Shown piece by piece: positions 24,987 through 34,608 of a DNA stretch of 64,000 nucleotides. The notes beneath the pieces are model-generated. The model saw only the letters and a list, made by a program, of their open reading frames with translations. It was not told where the DNA came from and did no database searches. Each line of letters begins with the position of its first letter. Within the stretch, counting starts at the first letter, position 1. The position numbers were made by a program, and so were the translations under genes. Source of the DNA: a virus; the IMG/VR virus record IMGVR_UViG_3300042539_000668, positions 4,002-68,001 of that record, one strand, 5' to 3'.

Positions 24987-26274
24987 CACGCGATCATACG
25001 AACTCGCTGCCCTGAAAGCCATCTTCAACAAGGAAGATGCACGTTCTCTCATATCGTTAGCCACCATCCACCACTTCTCATGCGATGACCTTCGTGAGGT
25101 GTTCCGCTCCTTCCAGCGGCTGCACTTCCAAGGTGCTGCCATCAGCACAGACCTTATCGTCATGGACTTGGTGGCAGGGGCAACGATGTCAATGCAGCAG
25201 AGCAAGGATGTGGTGGCATCCATCGAAGCCATGCCAGCACCGGAGAACCTGCAATACTTGGTGCAGGGTATAGGCAAGATACAAGCGCAGAACAAGCTGG
25301 GTGACCTCGTGGAGTTCCTGCAAACGCCCGATGCAGTACGCAACGGGCTTGCAGGGGCGATGACCAAGATTAACGACTTCGTCATTAGCCAGCACTCAAC
25401 GTCCTCGCGAAAGACCGAGTCCCTGACCGATGCCCTTGCCCGCGCCCTTGGCCGCACAGAACCAGCCAAGGTGTGGGCGCCGGGGTTGGGCAAGTTGGAT
25501 GACTACTGGAAGATTCGCAAGGGTTCCTACACAGTGATAGGTGGTGATTCAGGTAGCGGCAAGACTGCGCTGCTGGTAAACATGATGCTCTCCATTGCCC
25601 GTCAGGACACGCACGTTGGCGTTATCTCCATTGAGATGACCACCGACGAACTGACCTACCGTGCGGCTGCTGTGGAGGCTGGCGTAGACCACTCACGCAT
25701 CGAAGATGGGGTCTACAACGAGAGTGAGAGGGCGGCGATAAACAACTCCATGAAGAAGAACGCTGACCTGTACTCCCGCATCCACGTCATCGACCCGGCG
25801 TTCCTTGGTGCTGATGAACTGCACGGCATCTACAATGAACTTGCCACCAAGCACGGGTGTGAGGTCATATTCATCGACTACATCCAGCGCATCAGGAGCA
25901 GGGAGAAGACCGTCAAGAGCAAGATGGACGAGGTGTCCAGCGCCAGCGAAACCATCACCGCTGTGACCAAGGCCACGGGAGTGGCTACCATAGCCCTGTC
26001 GGTGCTGGCCCGTGACCAAGGGACAACGCGCAAGGGTCTTGACCACCTGAAGCATTCGGGGCAGATAGGGCATGACGCACATACTGTGGTCATCATCACC
26101 CCGCAGCAGATCGATGACATCTACGCACCGGAGAAGACCATCATCTGCGAAGCTGTGAAGAACCGCAAGGGTAGGTTCTTCTGCGAACCGCTCACTCTGC
26201 ATGGGCCTACCCAGCGCATCTCCCATGCTGGTTTCAATGCCGTGAAGAGTAAAAGTGCAGATGACCCCTTTTAG
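24976..26274 (+). CDS. dnaB: Replicative DnaB-like helicase
   Basis: GGDSGSGKT, SIEM, IFIDYIQ, LKHSGQIGHDA, KNRKG motifs. Confidence 0.92.
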   Translation: MKIDTRSYELAALKAIFNKEDARSLISLATIHHFSCDDLREVFRSFQRLHFQGAAISTDLIVMDLVAGATMSMQQSKDVVASIEAMPAPENLQYLVQGIGKIQAQNKLGDLVEFLQTPDAVRNGLAGAMTKINDFVISQHSTSSRKTESLTDALARALGRTEPAKVWAPGLGKLDDYWKIRKGSYTVIGGDSGSGKTALLVNMMLSIARQDTHVGVISIEMTTDELTYRAAAVEAGVDHSRIEDGVYNESERAAINNSMKKNADLYSRIHVIDPAFLGADELHGIYNELATKHGCEVIFIDYIQRIRSREKTVKSKMDEVSSASETITAVTKATGVATIALSVLARDQGTTRKGLDHLKHSGQIGHDAHTVVIITPQQIDDIYAPEKTIICEAVKNRKGRFFCEPLTLHGPTQRISHAGFNAVKSKSADDPF

Positions 26275-26300
26275 TATGTAAAAGTTTGTATCTTGCCACC

Positions 26301-26480
26301 ATGTTCAGAGGTGACCCCAACGACGAGGCAAGCATGAGCCAGCTTCTGTTCATTCAGAAGTTGCTCGACCGCAGACTGATTCGGAAGAAGACCGCATCGA
26401 AGATCATTGAGATGCTCTTGGAAGAGCGGGAGCCGGACAACGAATTGAGTAACCTTAAAAACATTCAGCGACCACGATGA
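26301..26480 (+). CDS. Hypothetical protein
   Basis: 59 aa after a TATCTTG promoter-like element. Confidence 0.6.
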   Translation: MFRGDPNDEASMSQLLFIQKLLDRRLIRKKTASKIIEMLLEEREPDNELSNLKNIQRPR

Positions 26481-26695
26481 GCGAACACCTGTGTTTCATG
26501 TGCGGGAACCCCGCGACCAGACGAATGTCACCGGACATGGATATGTTCGGCATCCCACTGTGCATCGACGCAGATTGTCAGCAACTGCTGGCGTTTGCCC
26601 TGTTGAGCGATGAGGGAGAAAAGAAGATTGAAGCCACGATAACACGCTTGAGAAAGGCACGCCACAAAAAAGCCAACAACCCATGGAAATCCTGA
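26477..26695 (+). CDS. Zinc-finger-like protein
   Basis: CFMCG...LC...C. Confidence 0.65.
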   Translation: MSEHLCFMCGNPATRRMSPDMDMFGIPLCIDADCQQLLAFALLSDEGEKKIEATITRLRKARHKKANNPWKS

Positions 26696-26859
26696 TCAAG
26701 GTCATTCTCACTTGCGTGGCAGTAATGACCTGCCTCGTCTTCTTCCTGCAATGCCTGAACATGGCTATCGTCCTCTACAAGGGTAGGGGAGACGCAAGGA
26801 TTTCCATCCCCAACGCCATCATTGCCGTAGTAACCCTTTACGTCCTGACCCTGCTATGA
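26683..26859 (+). CDS. Small two-TM membrane protein
   Basis: 58 aa MEILIKVILTCVAV...; below the track cutoff. Confidence 0.6.
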   Translation: MEILIKVILTCVAVMTCLVFFLQCLNMAIVLYKGRGDARISIPNAIIAVVTLYVLTLL

Positions 26860-26896
26860 ATACCTACACCATCGAGCTGACCGAGAATGGGTACAA

Positions 26897-28003
26897 TTGA
26901 CCGAAAACGAGTACAATCCCATGAGCCTGACCAACCCTAACGCAAGGTTCGTCCTCGACCACAAGCAGCGAAAGGCTGACTGCCCCTCCTGTGGCCACAA
27001 GAGGACGTTCAGACTCTACATCGACCGCCACACGGGGGTGCATCTGCCTGAACACGTTGGAGTGTGTGACCGGGAGAACAACTGCGCTTACAGCTACACA
27101 GCAGCCCAATGGCTCAAGGATGGAGGGTCGGTAGAAAACACCGAGCGTGTTCACATCCCATCACCTCCGCCACGCAGGACAGACTGGCGATGCCCCGAAG
27201 AGTTTGTTGCTCATACGCATCAACAGATACGAAACAACTTCCTATTGTGGCTTACACGAACCATTGGCCCCACTAACGTGGAGCGTGAGTACAGGGTGGG
27301 TACGTTCCCCAAGGGGAAGAACTACCCGCAGTACGAAGGGGCGATGGTCTTTTGGCAGATAGGGACCGATGGCAAGGAGAGGAGCGGGAAGGTCATCCAG
27401 TACGACCTGAAGACTGGCAAGAGGGTGAAGGAACTCAAGGCCATGTGGATGCACACGGTGCTGACCAAGCAGAGCATGGATGAACTGGGGTGCGCCCAAG
27501 TGTACTTCGGTACTCATCTGCTGAAGGAAAGGCCATACGACCCCGTGGCCCTCGTGGAGAGCGAGAAGACCGCCATGATATGTTCGTGGTTCTACCCGCA
27601 ATATGTGTGGCTTGCCACAGGTGGGGCCAACATGATCAATGCAGAACGTAGCCAAGTGCTTGCCGGGAGGGATGTTACCCTATTCCCCGACAGCGGGATG
27701 TATCAAGCGTGGCTCAAGGCATCGGAGCCAATAGACATACTGGCGAAGAGTTGCCACGTCAGCGACATCATAGAGTGCATAGGCGCATACGAGGGGGATG
27801 ACATAGCCGACCTCCTTGTCCCCATCAACATCATCGCTCACTTGGGTGTGGACATATTCCCAAGGGTTCAGCAGACCACCGATTCTGTGGTGGAACACAA
27901 GATGACCAACCTTGACAGGTTCATGGCACTCCCCGCTGTTAAGGCCAGCATTGACATATTTGACCTTGACATGGACACCGTAATCATAGGCCCGGCAACA
28001 TGA
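26897..28003 (+). CDS. Zn-finger/TOPRIM primase-like protein (DUF6371 family); start 26897 (TTG) or 26921 (ATG)
   Basis: CPSCG..F..Y...G.CDRE.NC.Y; FWQI...GK...Y...G.R; FG.HLL; VESEKTA; WLATGG; LFPD; DIAD. Confidence 0.85.
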   Translation: MTENEYNPMSLTNPNARFVLDHKQRKADCPSCGHKRTFRLYIDRHTGVHLPEHVGVCDRENNCAYSYTAAQWLKDGGSVENTERVHIPSPPPRRTDWRCPEEFVAHTHQQIRNNFLLWLTRTIGPTNVEREYRVGTFPKGKNYPQYEGAMVFWQIGTDGKERSGKVIQYDLKTGKRVKELKAMWMHTVLTKQSMDELGCAQVYFGTHLLKERPYDPVALVESEKTAMICSWFYPQYVWLATGGANMINAERSQVLAGRDVTLFPDSGMYQAWLKASEPIDILAKSCHVSDIIECIGAYEGDDIADLLVPINIIAHLGVDIFPRVQQTTDSVVEHKMTNLDRFMALPAVKASIDIFDLDMDTVIIGPAT

Positions 28004-28242
28004 AGTACATAACCAACTACCGAGGATATAACATATGGCAAGGCGATGACGGCCATATGGAAGCGTGGAAGTCCAGCGGCATCAACCTTGATGGCGTGTA
28101 CCACGCAACCGATGTAATGCGTAGGGTTCTTGCATCATCGGACATTGAAGGGGCGATAAGAGAAATAGACTCCTTGAAAAAGAAACGTAAGCAAGCAAAA
28201 TACAACCCATACGATGACAAGAACCAAACGAAAATCGAATGA
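28000..28242 (+). CDS. Hypothetical protein
   Basis: 80 aa, coupled to the primase. Confidence 0.65.
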   Translation: MKYITNYRGYNIWQGDDGHMEAWKSSGINLDGVYHATDVMRRVLASSDIEGAIREIDSLKKKRKQAKYNPYDDKNQTKIE

Positions 28243-28468
28243 CTGCGCCTACTGCTACGGACACGGGCTGTATGCAGGGTATTGGGATGTTGGCCTGCGA
28301 AGACCAATGGAGAGCGGGGCATTCAATGCACCCCGACACAAGGGGCAGATGTGCTACCAGTGTGATAGGTGTGGGACACCCGAACAATTTCCCACCGCCC
28401 CTCCTTGTGCTTGCAAATAATTAGTACTTTTGGTTCGTGAGTAGGGATAATTGCGCCAAACAAAGCAA

Positions 28469-28798
28469 ATGAGCAACAAACGAGAGCCGCTATTGAGCGA
28501 TGAAGCTGTGATAGATCAGACTTGGGTTCCAGAATTAGACGGAAAAAATCCGTATTTAGCATACGAGGCTGGAATCAACTCGGCAAAGAGATACTACGAA
28601 CGCCTAATCACCGAAGGCAAGCTGCGGGTGGTGGATGAGGTAGACAATTTTATGTTGCCGTATCCAATAGCAAAAGAAGTCTTCGGTTGCTCAAATTGTC
28701 AGACCGTATTTGATAGACGCACAACGCATTCAAAGCATGGACGCATTAAGGTAATAAAGTTCTGCCCCGGATGCGGTAATTCAATCACGAAGCTATGA
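28469..28798 (+). CDS. Zinc-ribbon protein
   Basis: CSNC...FCPGCG; AT-richer than its neighbours. Confidence 0.7.
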   Translation: MSNKREPLLSDEAVIDQTWVPELDGKNPYLAYEAGINSAKRYYERLITEGKLRVVDEVDNFMLPYPIAKEVFGCSNCQTVFDRRTTHSKHGRIKVIKFCPGCGNSITKL

Positions 28799-29004
28799 AA
28801 GCAAACGAATACCTCATCCTCTCTGACTGCGTGGAGAGGGGTGTAAACGCAGGGTGGCGCAGGGCGTTCAAGCATTGGGATGTCCCTGATAGTGTGAGGA
28901 AGTGGCTGGAAGAACACGAAGACCACATCAAGGACAGCATTGACATAGCTGTCAAAAATGAGATTTGCGAGTACTTCCAGTTTGAAGAACCAAAAGCAGA
29001 ATGA
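28795..29004 (+). CDS. Hypothetical protein
   Basis: 69 aa. Confidence 0.7.
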   Translation: MKANEYLILSDCVERGVNAGWRRAFKHWDVPDSVRKWLEEHEDHIKDSIDIAVKNEICEYFQFEEPKAE

Positions 29005-29243
29005 AGGCCGACACACCAATGACTGACGCAATAATCATTCACCAAGATTCGCGTGGCACAATTGAAGAAGTGCGCTTTGGCAAGGGCGCTATCCGATATT
29101 GCATTGCATGGTCAAATGGTCAAGAAATATGGACAAATGATTTGAAGATGGCACATGACTTACTCAATAGAAAAGAAGGGTCAGAGCAACTTTCTCTTTT
29201 TTCAGAAAGCGCGGAAGAGGGTACGGACACCAACACCGACTAA
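29001..29243 (+). CDS. Hypothetical protein with a QLSLF clamp-binding-like motif
   Basis: 80 aa containing EQLSLF. Confidence 0.55.
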   Translation: MKADTPMTDAIIIHQDSRGTIEEVRFGKGAIRYCIAWSNGQEIWTNDLKMAHDLLNRKEGSEQLSLFSESAEEGTDTNTD

Positions 29244-29256
29244 ACCAAACAAGCAC

Positions 29257-29634
29257 ATGATAACAATTGAAATCCCCCGACTGGCCCCCGGCCTTAATGG
29301 CTCCAAGGGTCTCATCAGAATGCACTTCTCCGAGTACAAGAAGGAGAAGGAGAAGTGGATATGGTGGATGAAGAAAGCTGGCGTTGGGCTGAAGGCTCCC
29401 ATCCCCTGCATGATGGAGTTCAACCGCTACTACTGCAAGCAGCCGATGGACTTGGACAACGTCTACGCCGCCTGTAAGCTACCACTCGATGCCATGCGTG
29501 AAGCTGGAATAATCCCCGATGACAACCCCAACTGCGTCACATCCCTCGTGGTCTTCCAGCACAAGGTCAAGACCATCAAGGACGAGAAGACCGTCATCGT
29601 CATACGAGATGTGGATAGCCTAGGTGCGTGGTGA
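29257..29634 (+). CDS. rusA: RusA-like Holliday junction resolvase
   Basis: P.LN...DLDN....K..LDA....GII.DDN...V motif. Confidence 0.8.
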   Translation: MITIEIPRLAPGLNGSKGLIRMHFSEYKKEKEKWIWWMKKAGVGLKAPIPCMMEFNRYYCKQPMDLDNVYAACKLPLDAMREAGIIPDDNPNCVTSLVVFQHKVKTIKDEKTVIVIRDVDSLGAW

Positions 29635-29645
29635 AATTGAAAACT

Positions 29646-30062
29646 ATGAACACAAGACAAACATCAATTGACGCCTACAGAAACCTTGTTGAAGGTGGGG
29701 TGTTGGCTGAAAAGAATAGTGTAGTGTACAAGCATTTGTTCCACAACGGAGCAACAACGCAAAAGAAAACAGAACGATTCTTTAATGACAGGACATACAC
29801 GCTCAGACCTCGTTTTGCTCAATTAGAAAAGATGGGGTTGATTGAATGTGTTGGAGAGGAAACGTGTGACGAAACGGGGAAAAAAAATATGCTGTGGGAT
29901 GTTACTAATAGAGTTCATCCGTTAGAAACACAGCAAACGTCAGACACTAAAAAAAATAGAGTCCAAAATGCTTTGGATGCCCTACGGCAATTGTACAGAA
30001 CCAAGCACAACGCAACAGATGATGATTGGAAAAACGTGGCTGATTTAATCCGAAGCATATAA
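29646..30062 (+). CDS. Winged-helix-like protein
   Basis: TS..AY...VY..L...TLRPRF.QL.KMGLI...G...C..TG. Confidence 0.7.
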   Translation: MNTRQTSIDAYRNLVEGGVLAEKNSVVYKHLFHNGATTQKKTERFFNDRTYTLRPRFAQLEKMGLIECVGEETCDETGKKNMLWDVTNRVHPLETQQTSDTKKNRVQNALDALRQLYRTKHNATDDDWKNVADLIRSI

Positions 30063-30071
30063 CATCGGACA

Positions 30072-30386
30072 ATGGACTACAAGCAATTCAAAAAGCACAT
30101 AGAAGTCTTAAAGAACTTCTACACCGAGCAAAACGAAGCAGCAAATGCCATTGGCAAAGCCCTCAAGATGGACGGATATCTTATGGACTTTGGCTCCGAA
30201 CTGGCAACGGCATACACCAAGATGCTGCAAGAAGCTGTCGGAGATGAAGATGACTGGATAGGCTATTGGCTGTGGGAATGCGACATGGGCAAGAAGAAGA
30301 TGGGATGGAGCAAGGATGGAGTGGACTACGACATGAGGTCTATCCGCAGCCTTTATGACGCAATTCAAATGAACAAGACGAAATGA
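30072..30386 (+). CDS. Hypothetical protein
   Basis: DWIGYWLWECDMGK...LYD pattern. Confidence 0.7.
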   Translation: MDYKQFKKHIEVLKNFYTEQNEAANAIGKALKMDGYLMDFGSELATAYTKMLQEAVGDEDDWIGYWLWECDMGKKKMGWSKDGVDYDMRSIRSLYDAIQMNKTK

Positions 30387-30826
30387 AAAGGACTCCTCTG
30401 AAACGCAAGACACCTCTAAAGTCGAACAAGCTGGTTGACATCATCAAGGGAGATGACCCGGCCATCATAGACAAGTTGAAAGCAAGGGGGCTGGTTAGGA
30501 AAGCCTCCACCCTGTCCACCAAGCGCAAGGCCACAGGAGAGAAGGAAGTGTTCCGCAGGATATGGGAGAGCAGGGACCACAAGTGCCTGACCTGTAGTGC
30601 GTACATCAAAGAAGCCAAGGCCATCAACTTCTCCCATCTGCTACCCAAGGGCAAGTACCCCGAATACAGACTCGATGAGAACAACATAGTCCTGCAATGT
30701 GAGGACTGCCACACCAAGTGGCACTACCACGGGAATATGCTGCGCGAACTCAAGAGATGGAGTACGTTCTTCGCCCGCTACGATGATATGTGGGAGAAGG
30801 CATACCCCGAATCAACTCGCCCATAG
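30383..30826 (+). CDS. HNH/NinG-like nuclease
   Basis: C..C...SHLL.K...P..R....NI...C..CH..WH. Confidence 0.75.
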   Translation: MKRTPLKRKTPLKSNKLVDIIKGDDPAIIDKLKARGLVRKASTLSTKRKATGEKEVFRRIWESRDHKCLTCSAYIKEAKAINFSHLLPKGKYPEYRLDENNIVLQCEDCHTKWHYHGNMLRELKRWSTFFARYDDMWEKAYPESTRP

Positions 30827-32716
30827 TTCCACCCCCTCACACGTCATGTTCAGCGTGTTGTAAGTGGTACCACCAGCACCGAACAACGTGGCCATGCTCA
30901 CAGCAGTGGGCAGTATGATCACAATGTCGGCAGGGGCCACGTTGACATTGAAGCTGCCCACAACGGTGTTCTGATTGCTGGCTAATATGAACTGACGCGT
31001 GGCATTGGTTCGGACGATGCTGTTCAGCCAACGGAAGGCGATGTTCTCCTTGATGACTGCATTCTTCAGCACAATCCTCTTCACCCCCTGAACGGGAGAG
31101 GAGAACGTCTGAATGGTGTTCAGGGCAACACCTCCGGTGAACGCAGTAGAGTACACCTCTCCCACGATACGCCCTGCCTTCCAAGGCTCACTGGCAATGT
31201 TGACACAGCCGGGGAGGGCCACCACGTTCTTGCCCGTGAAGTCAATGGAGTATATCGGGGTCTGACTCGGCGGGGGAGGAGGCGGCGGCGGAGGTGGGGG
31301 CGGAGGAGGCGGAGGGGGCGGAGGAGGGGGGGGTGTGCTTCCCTCACCAGCAGGAGGTGCAATGGTGTAGGCGGGGGTGCCAAGTTCGTTGTTCCACGTC
31401 CCCACGAAAGCCCCGGTGTTGGGGTCAACGGTAAGCGTAGCCAAGCGTCCGGCAGCCATGTTGGTGGAGCCAAGGGCAGGCTGGAAGAACGTGGACACCA
31501 GCGTACCGCCAAGTTCGCTTGTCCAACGGAAGTCCTTTACCCGTGTACGGAAGTATCCGTTCTTGTTGAACTGACCGCTCATGGCATCGTTCAGCCACAG
31601 CTTGCGGTTGAACACATCATGGAGCAGTCCATAGCAGGGGCCGAACAGGTTGAACATATCCACCCGCACCTGACAGCTATTGCTCAACGAACCCGTGTTG
31701 TTGAAGTCCGCGTTGATGCGGAACATACAATGGGGTGCGCCGTTCACAGCAGCGTATTGGATGGTGCCGAAGTGAGCCTGCACCCACCCCTGCGCGTCCA
31801 TCACCATTGTACCCTTGCCGATAGGGCGGTTGGGTGCTGGCCCCGTCTCCACCTTCAGCCACGAGCAGTGGAACGAAGATGAGCCAACCCTGCCATATCC
31901 TTCCTCAACACGGAACACAGCAGGGCATTCGTCGCTCTCCACGCTGTTGAAGACGTGCTGGCCACCACCCTCCAGCCATATAGCACAGAGGTTGTTGTTG
32001 AAAGAAGCAATCTGCCCCACGTTCACATAGGTGCCACGCACGAAGTGGAAGCCAGCGGCTTCAAAGTCATCGGCGAACACGTTGTGGATGAAAGCATTGC
32101 TGCCCATGTCCCACACCTGCACACCGCACCTCTGCTTGGCAGGGTCGTAGACGTTGCTCTCCTTGTCACCGACAAGACGCATATTGAGAAGCTGGAACGC
32201 TTCATTGTATCCGAACAGGTTCTCATCCCCCCAAGTCCCGCTCTGCCAAATGCCATCAGTCATACCACCCTGCCACCGGGGGATGTCGAGGTGCAGGGAT
32301 GTGCTTCCCTGACCGAACGAACCCCCGTAGTCAGCACCGTTGGTGTAGAACTCCGAACTGCCAGCACCCGAATAGATGCCGAACGCAAGGGGCAGCGGGT
32401 AGTTGATCTTGTACCTCCCGGCAGGGATGTTGACGTTGACCCTGCTCTGACAGGTTGCCGTGTATGCAGCAGCGTGGCCACTCCAAATGGCATCGCTCAC
32501 GGCAGCGGTCATGCACGTCAGGTTCATAAACTGACCGATGGTGCGACCGATGGCTTGCCACCTCAACCAAAAGTATTGGAAGGTAGCCTGTGCTTGGGAC
32601 TGACTGAACCCAGCATCTGTCAGGGTCTTGTCACCTACCTTCCAATTGAATGGTGCGCCAGCAGGGGTGGAATACTCCTGAAGGATATTGTAGGTCATTG
32701 CATCGTTTCGCGTCAT
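30812..32716 (-). CDS. Tailspike/beta-helix-like protein with a 22-Pro linker
   Basis: VNIPAGRYKI pectate-lyase-3-like entry motif, beta-helix-like body, poly-Pro, C-terminal beta domain; own TATCTTTG promoter (32741-32734). Confidence 0.65.
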   Translation of the reverse strand: MTRNDAMTYNILQEYSTPAGAPFNWKVGDKTLTDAGFSQSQAQATFQYFWLRWQAIGRTIGQFMNLTCMTAAVSDAIWSGHAAAYTATCQSRVNVNIPAGRYKINYPLPLAFGIYSGAGSSEFYTNGADYGGSFGQGSTSLHLDIPRWQGGMTDGIWQSGTWGDENLFGYNEAFQLLNMRLVGDKESNVYDPAKQRCGVQVWDMGSNAFIHNVFADDFEAAGFHFVRGTYVNVGQIASFNNNLCAIWLEGGGQHVFNSVESDECPAVFRVEEGYGRVGSSSFHCSWLKVETGPAPNRPIGKGTMVMDAQGWVQAHFGTIQYAAVNGAPHCMFRINADFNNTGSLSNSCQVRVDMFNLFGPCYGLLHDVFNRKLWLNDAMSGQFNKNGYFRTRVKDFRWTSELGGTLVSTFFQPALGSTNMAAGRLATLTVDPNTGAFVGTWNNELGTPAYTIAPPAGEGSTPPPPPPPPPPPPPPPPPPPPPPSQTPIYSIDFTGKNVVALPGCVNIASEPWKAGRIVGEVYSTAFTGGVALNTIQTFSSPVQGVKRIVLKNAVIKENIAFRWLNSIVRTNATRQFILASNQNTVVGSFNVNVAPADIVIILPTAVSMATLFGAGGTTYNTLNMTCEGVELWAS

Positions 32717-32766
32717 CTGTCGGGGGATTGCCCCAAAGATAACGCAGAAACCTGTCGTTCAGTTGA

Positions 32767-33261
32767 TTACATCAACTGTGCAATGAAGGTGGCAACAACC
32801 ACCCCTGCCTCCAGCGCGTAGGCAACAGTACCGCAGAGGTGGACGTTGTCCGCCCACTCTGCCCTTGTCCCCTCTTCTTCATCGTGCCTGATGGAAAGGG
32901 TGTAGTTCGCAGCCCACAGGCGGTTGGCAGTCTTGCGCTCCCAAAAGCTGATAGTCCATCCGGGCCACGAAGCAGCAATGATGGCCCAGTCGTACCAGTT
33001 GCTGGGGCTGATGTACCGAGCATCACGACCCCTGCGCTCGTTGAGCCAGTAGCGGAAGAACACGTTGAACAGGCCAGCCATGCCAAATGCCCACCATATC
33101 TTGCCAAAGAACATAAGCCAAAAGGACACCACAAGGGTTCGGAACAGCCACTGCATGATGTGGTCTATCTTCTCCTTGTTCTCAATTTGGTGTGCGTCAT
33201 CCTCGGCGCAGAAGTAAGCGAAAGCGATGACGAAAAGCGAAGAGAAAATTAGTGCAAGCAT
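32767..33261 (-). CDS. Multi-pass membrane protein
   Basis: 164 aa from MLALIFSS; several TM segments. Confidence 0.7.
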   Translation of the reverse strand: MLALIFSSLFVIAFAYFCAEDDAHQIENKEKIDHIMQWLFRTLVVSFWLMFFGKIWWAFGMAGLFNVFFRYWLNERRGRDARYISPSNWYDWAIIAASWPGWTISFWERKTANRLWAANYTLSIRHDEEEGTRAEWADNVHLCGTVAYALEAGVVVATFIAQLM

Positions 33262-33263
33262 CT

Positions 33264-33446
33264 TTATCGTTTTTGAATGAAGTATTGATAAGCCCGTGCC
33301 AACGTGACAAATACAGCAATCCCAGCAAGCCACAGGAACTGATGCCATGTGTAGTCGCTTGTGTAGATCACCCAACCCCAAAAGGGGACAGCAACAAGAA
33401 TGATGCTGTATGTGATGGCAAGCCACCCGTTCAGAAAGTATCTCAT
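33264..33446 (-). CDS. Small two-TM protein
   Basis: 60 aa, hydrophobic. Confidence 0.65.
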   Translation of the reverse strand: MRYFLNGWLAITYSIILVAVPFWGWVIYTSDYTWHQFLWLAGIAVFVTLARAYQYFIQKR

Positions 33447-33883
33447 CGTGCAGAGTTTATGATTCGTTCCGTGGCAATCCCTACAAGCACAAGGGATGCT
33501 GTGATGGTTCCCACCTTACCGACGGTGGCCCACCCGTTCATCCTCCACTTGTCCCTCTTGCATTCCTCAAGGAGGTCGTTCACCTGTTGTAACTCCTCTG
33601 CCATCCTGTTGAACTTGTCCTCGTTCATCTTGATGATGCTCTCCTTTGCCTCCAAAGCCTGACGCAGGGCAAGAGTTTCCTTGCCACGGGCATACGCCTC
33701 TGACTTGTATGTCTCCTTCCAAGAGTCCAAGAACAAGCGATGTGAGGCCATCTTGATGAGGTCTTTGACCGGGACAATGGCGTTGTCCTTGTCAATCAAC
33801 CTCCACCGAGAGTCAATTACTTGGCTCCTGCATAAGGATACTATTGATAGTATCAAGAGAAGCGTTGTGAAGAGTCGTGGCAT
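33443..33883 (-). CDS. Spanin-like protein
   Basis: Signal with Cys (LSIVSLC), coiled coil, C-terminal hydrophobic segment; overlaps the 3' end of the upstream gene. Confidence 0.5.
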   Translation of the reverse strand: MPRLFTTLLLILSIVSLCRSQVIDSRWRLIDKDNAIVPVKDLIKMASHRLFLDSWKETYKSEAYARGKETLALRQALEAKESIIKMNEDKFNRMAEELQQVNDLLEECKRDKWRMNGWATVGKVGTITASLVLVGIATERIINSAR

Positions 33884-34130
33884 ATTCCTTGACTGTTTTT
33901 ATTTTCGTTCGGTTGATGTACACCGTGTCAACCTTTGCCTTGTAGTACGCCGCGCTGTCCTCCCACATGGCTGCTTTTTGCTCCGCCTCAAACAGCTTCT
34001 TCTGATGCTCGTACTCCTCCTTCAGGTTGAACTGCTTGCATCCATAAATTCGGTTGCCAAGGGCAATTCCACCAATAAAAATACAGACGGAAATAACCGC
34101 CACTGCCAAGACTATCAGTCTAGTGTTCAT
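33813..34130 (-). CDS. Inner-membrane spanin-like protein (leaderless)
   Basis: N-terminal TM plus coiled coil; TAACTTTG 5 nt upstream. Confidence 0.5.
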   Translation of the reverse strand: MNTRLIVLAVAVISVCIFIGGIALGNRIYGCKQFNLKEEYEHQKKLFEAEQKAAMWEDSAAYYKAKVDTVYINRTKIKTVKEYATTLHNASLDTINSILMQEPSN

Positions 34131-34369
34131 TTTGACAAAGTTAACAACTTACCTGCGTCAGGGCAGTTTACAAACTCCCTTTTTTGCCTCCCTGTGACCA
34201 CCACCTTGGTGTCCTTTGGGACTAGTGGGAAGTAAGGCTGGTCGTACCTGAAGCAGTAGTCCCTGCGGTCTCCCTTCTCCTCTGTTTCAAGGGAGAATAC
34301 CACCTTCGTTTCCACCCCGTCCACCATTGCAATAAGACGTTCTCCGGGCTTGTACATCTCTTCGGTCAT
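34127..34369 (-). CDS. Hypothetical protein
   Basis: 80 aa. Confidence 0.65.
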   Translation of the reverse strand: MTEEMYKPGERLIAMVDGVETKVVFSLETEEKGDRRDYCFRYDQPYFPLVPKDTKVVVTGRQKREFVNCPDAGKLLTLSK

Positions 34370-34593
34370 TTTATTTTGAAACCTACTGCTGGTCTTCCAT
34401 CGTCAACTGGTGAGTAGGGCATACCAGTTGCGAGTCCGTGACTTTCTTCGGAGGCCAAACCTACGATAGTCCAGTCATTTCTGTTCATCCACCTCTTCTT
34501 CCCCGTGGTCTCAAGAACCGCCTGTTCGATAGCCCTCATAGACCTAACACCCCTGACAAAGATGATCTTGCTCTCCTCAAGTATCTGTATCAT
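34366..34593 (-). CDS. Hypothetical protein
   Basis: 75 aa. Confidence 0.65.
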   Translation of the reverse strand: MIQILEESKIIFVRGVRSMRAIEQAVLETTGKKRWMNRNDWTIVGLASEESHGLATGMPYSPVDDGRPAVGFKIK

Positions 34594-34608
34594 GGCGTAA
34601 CTAATTTA

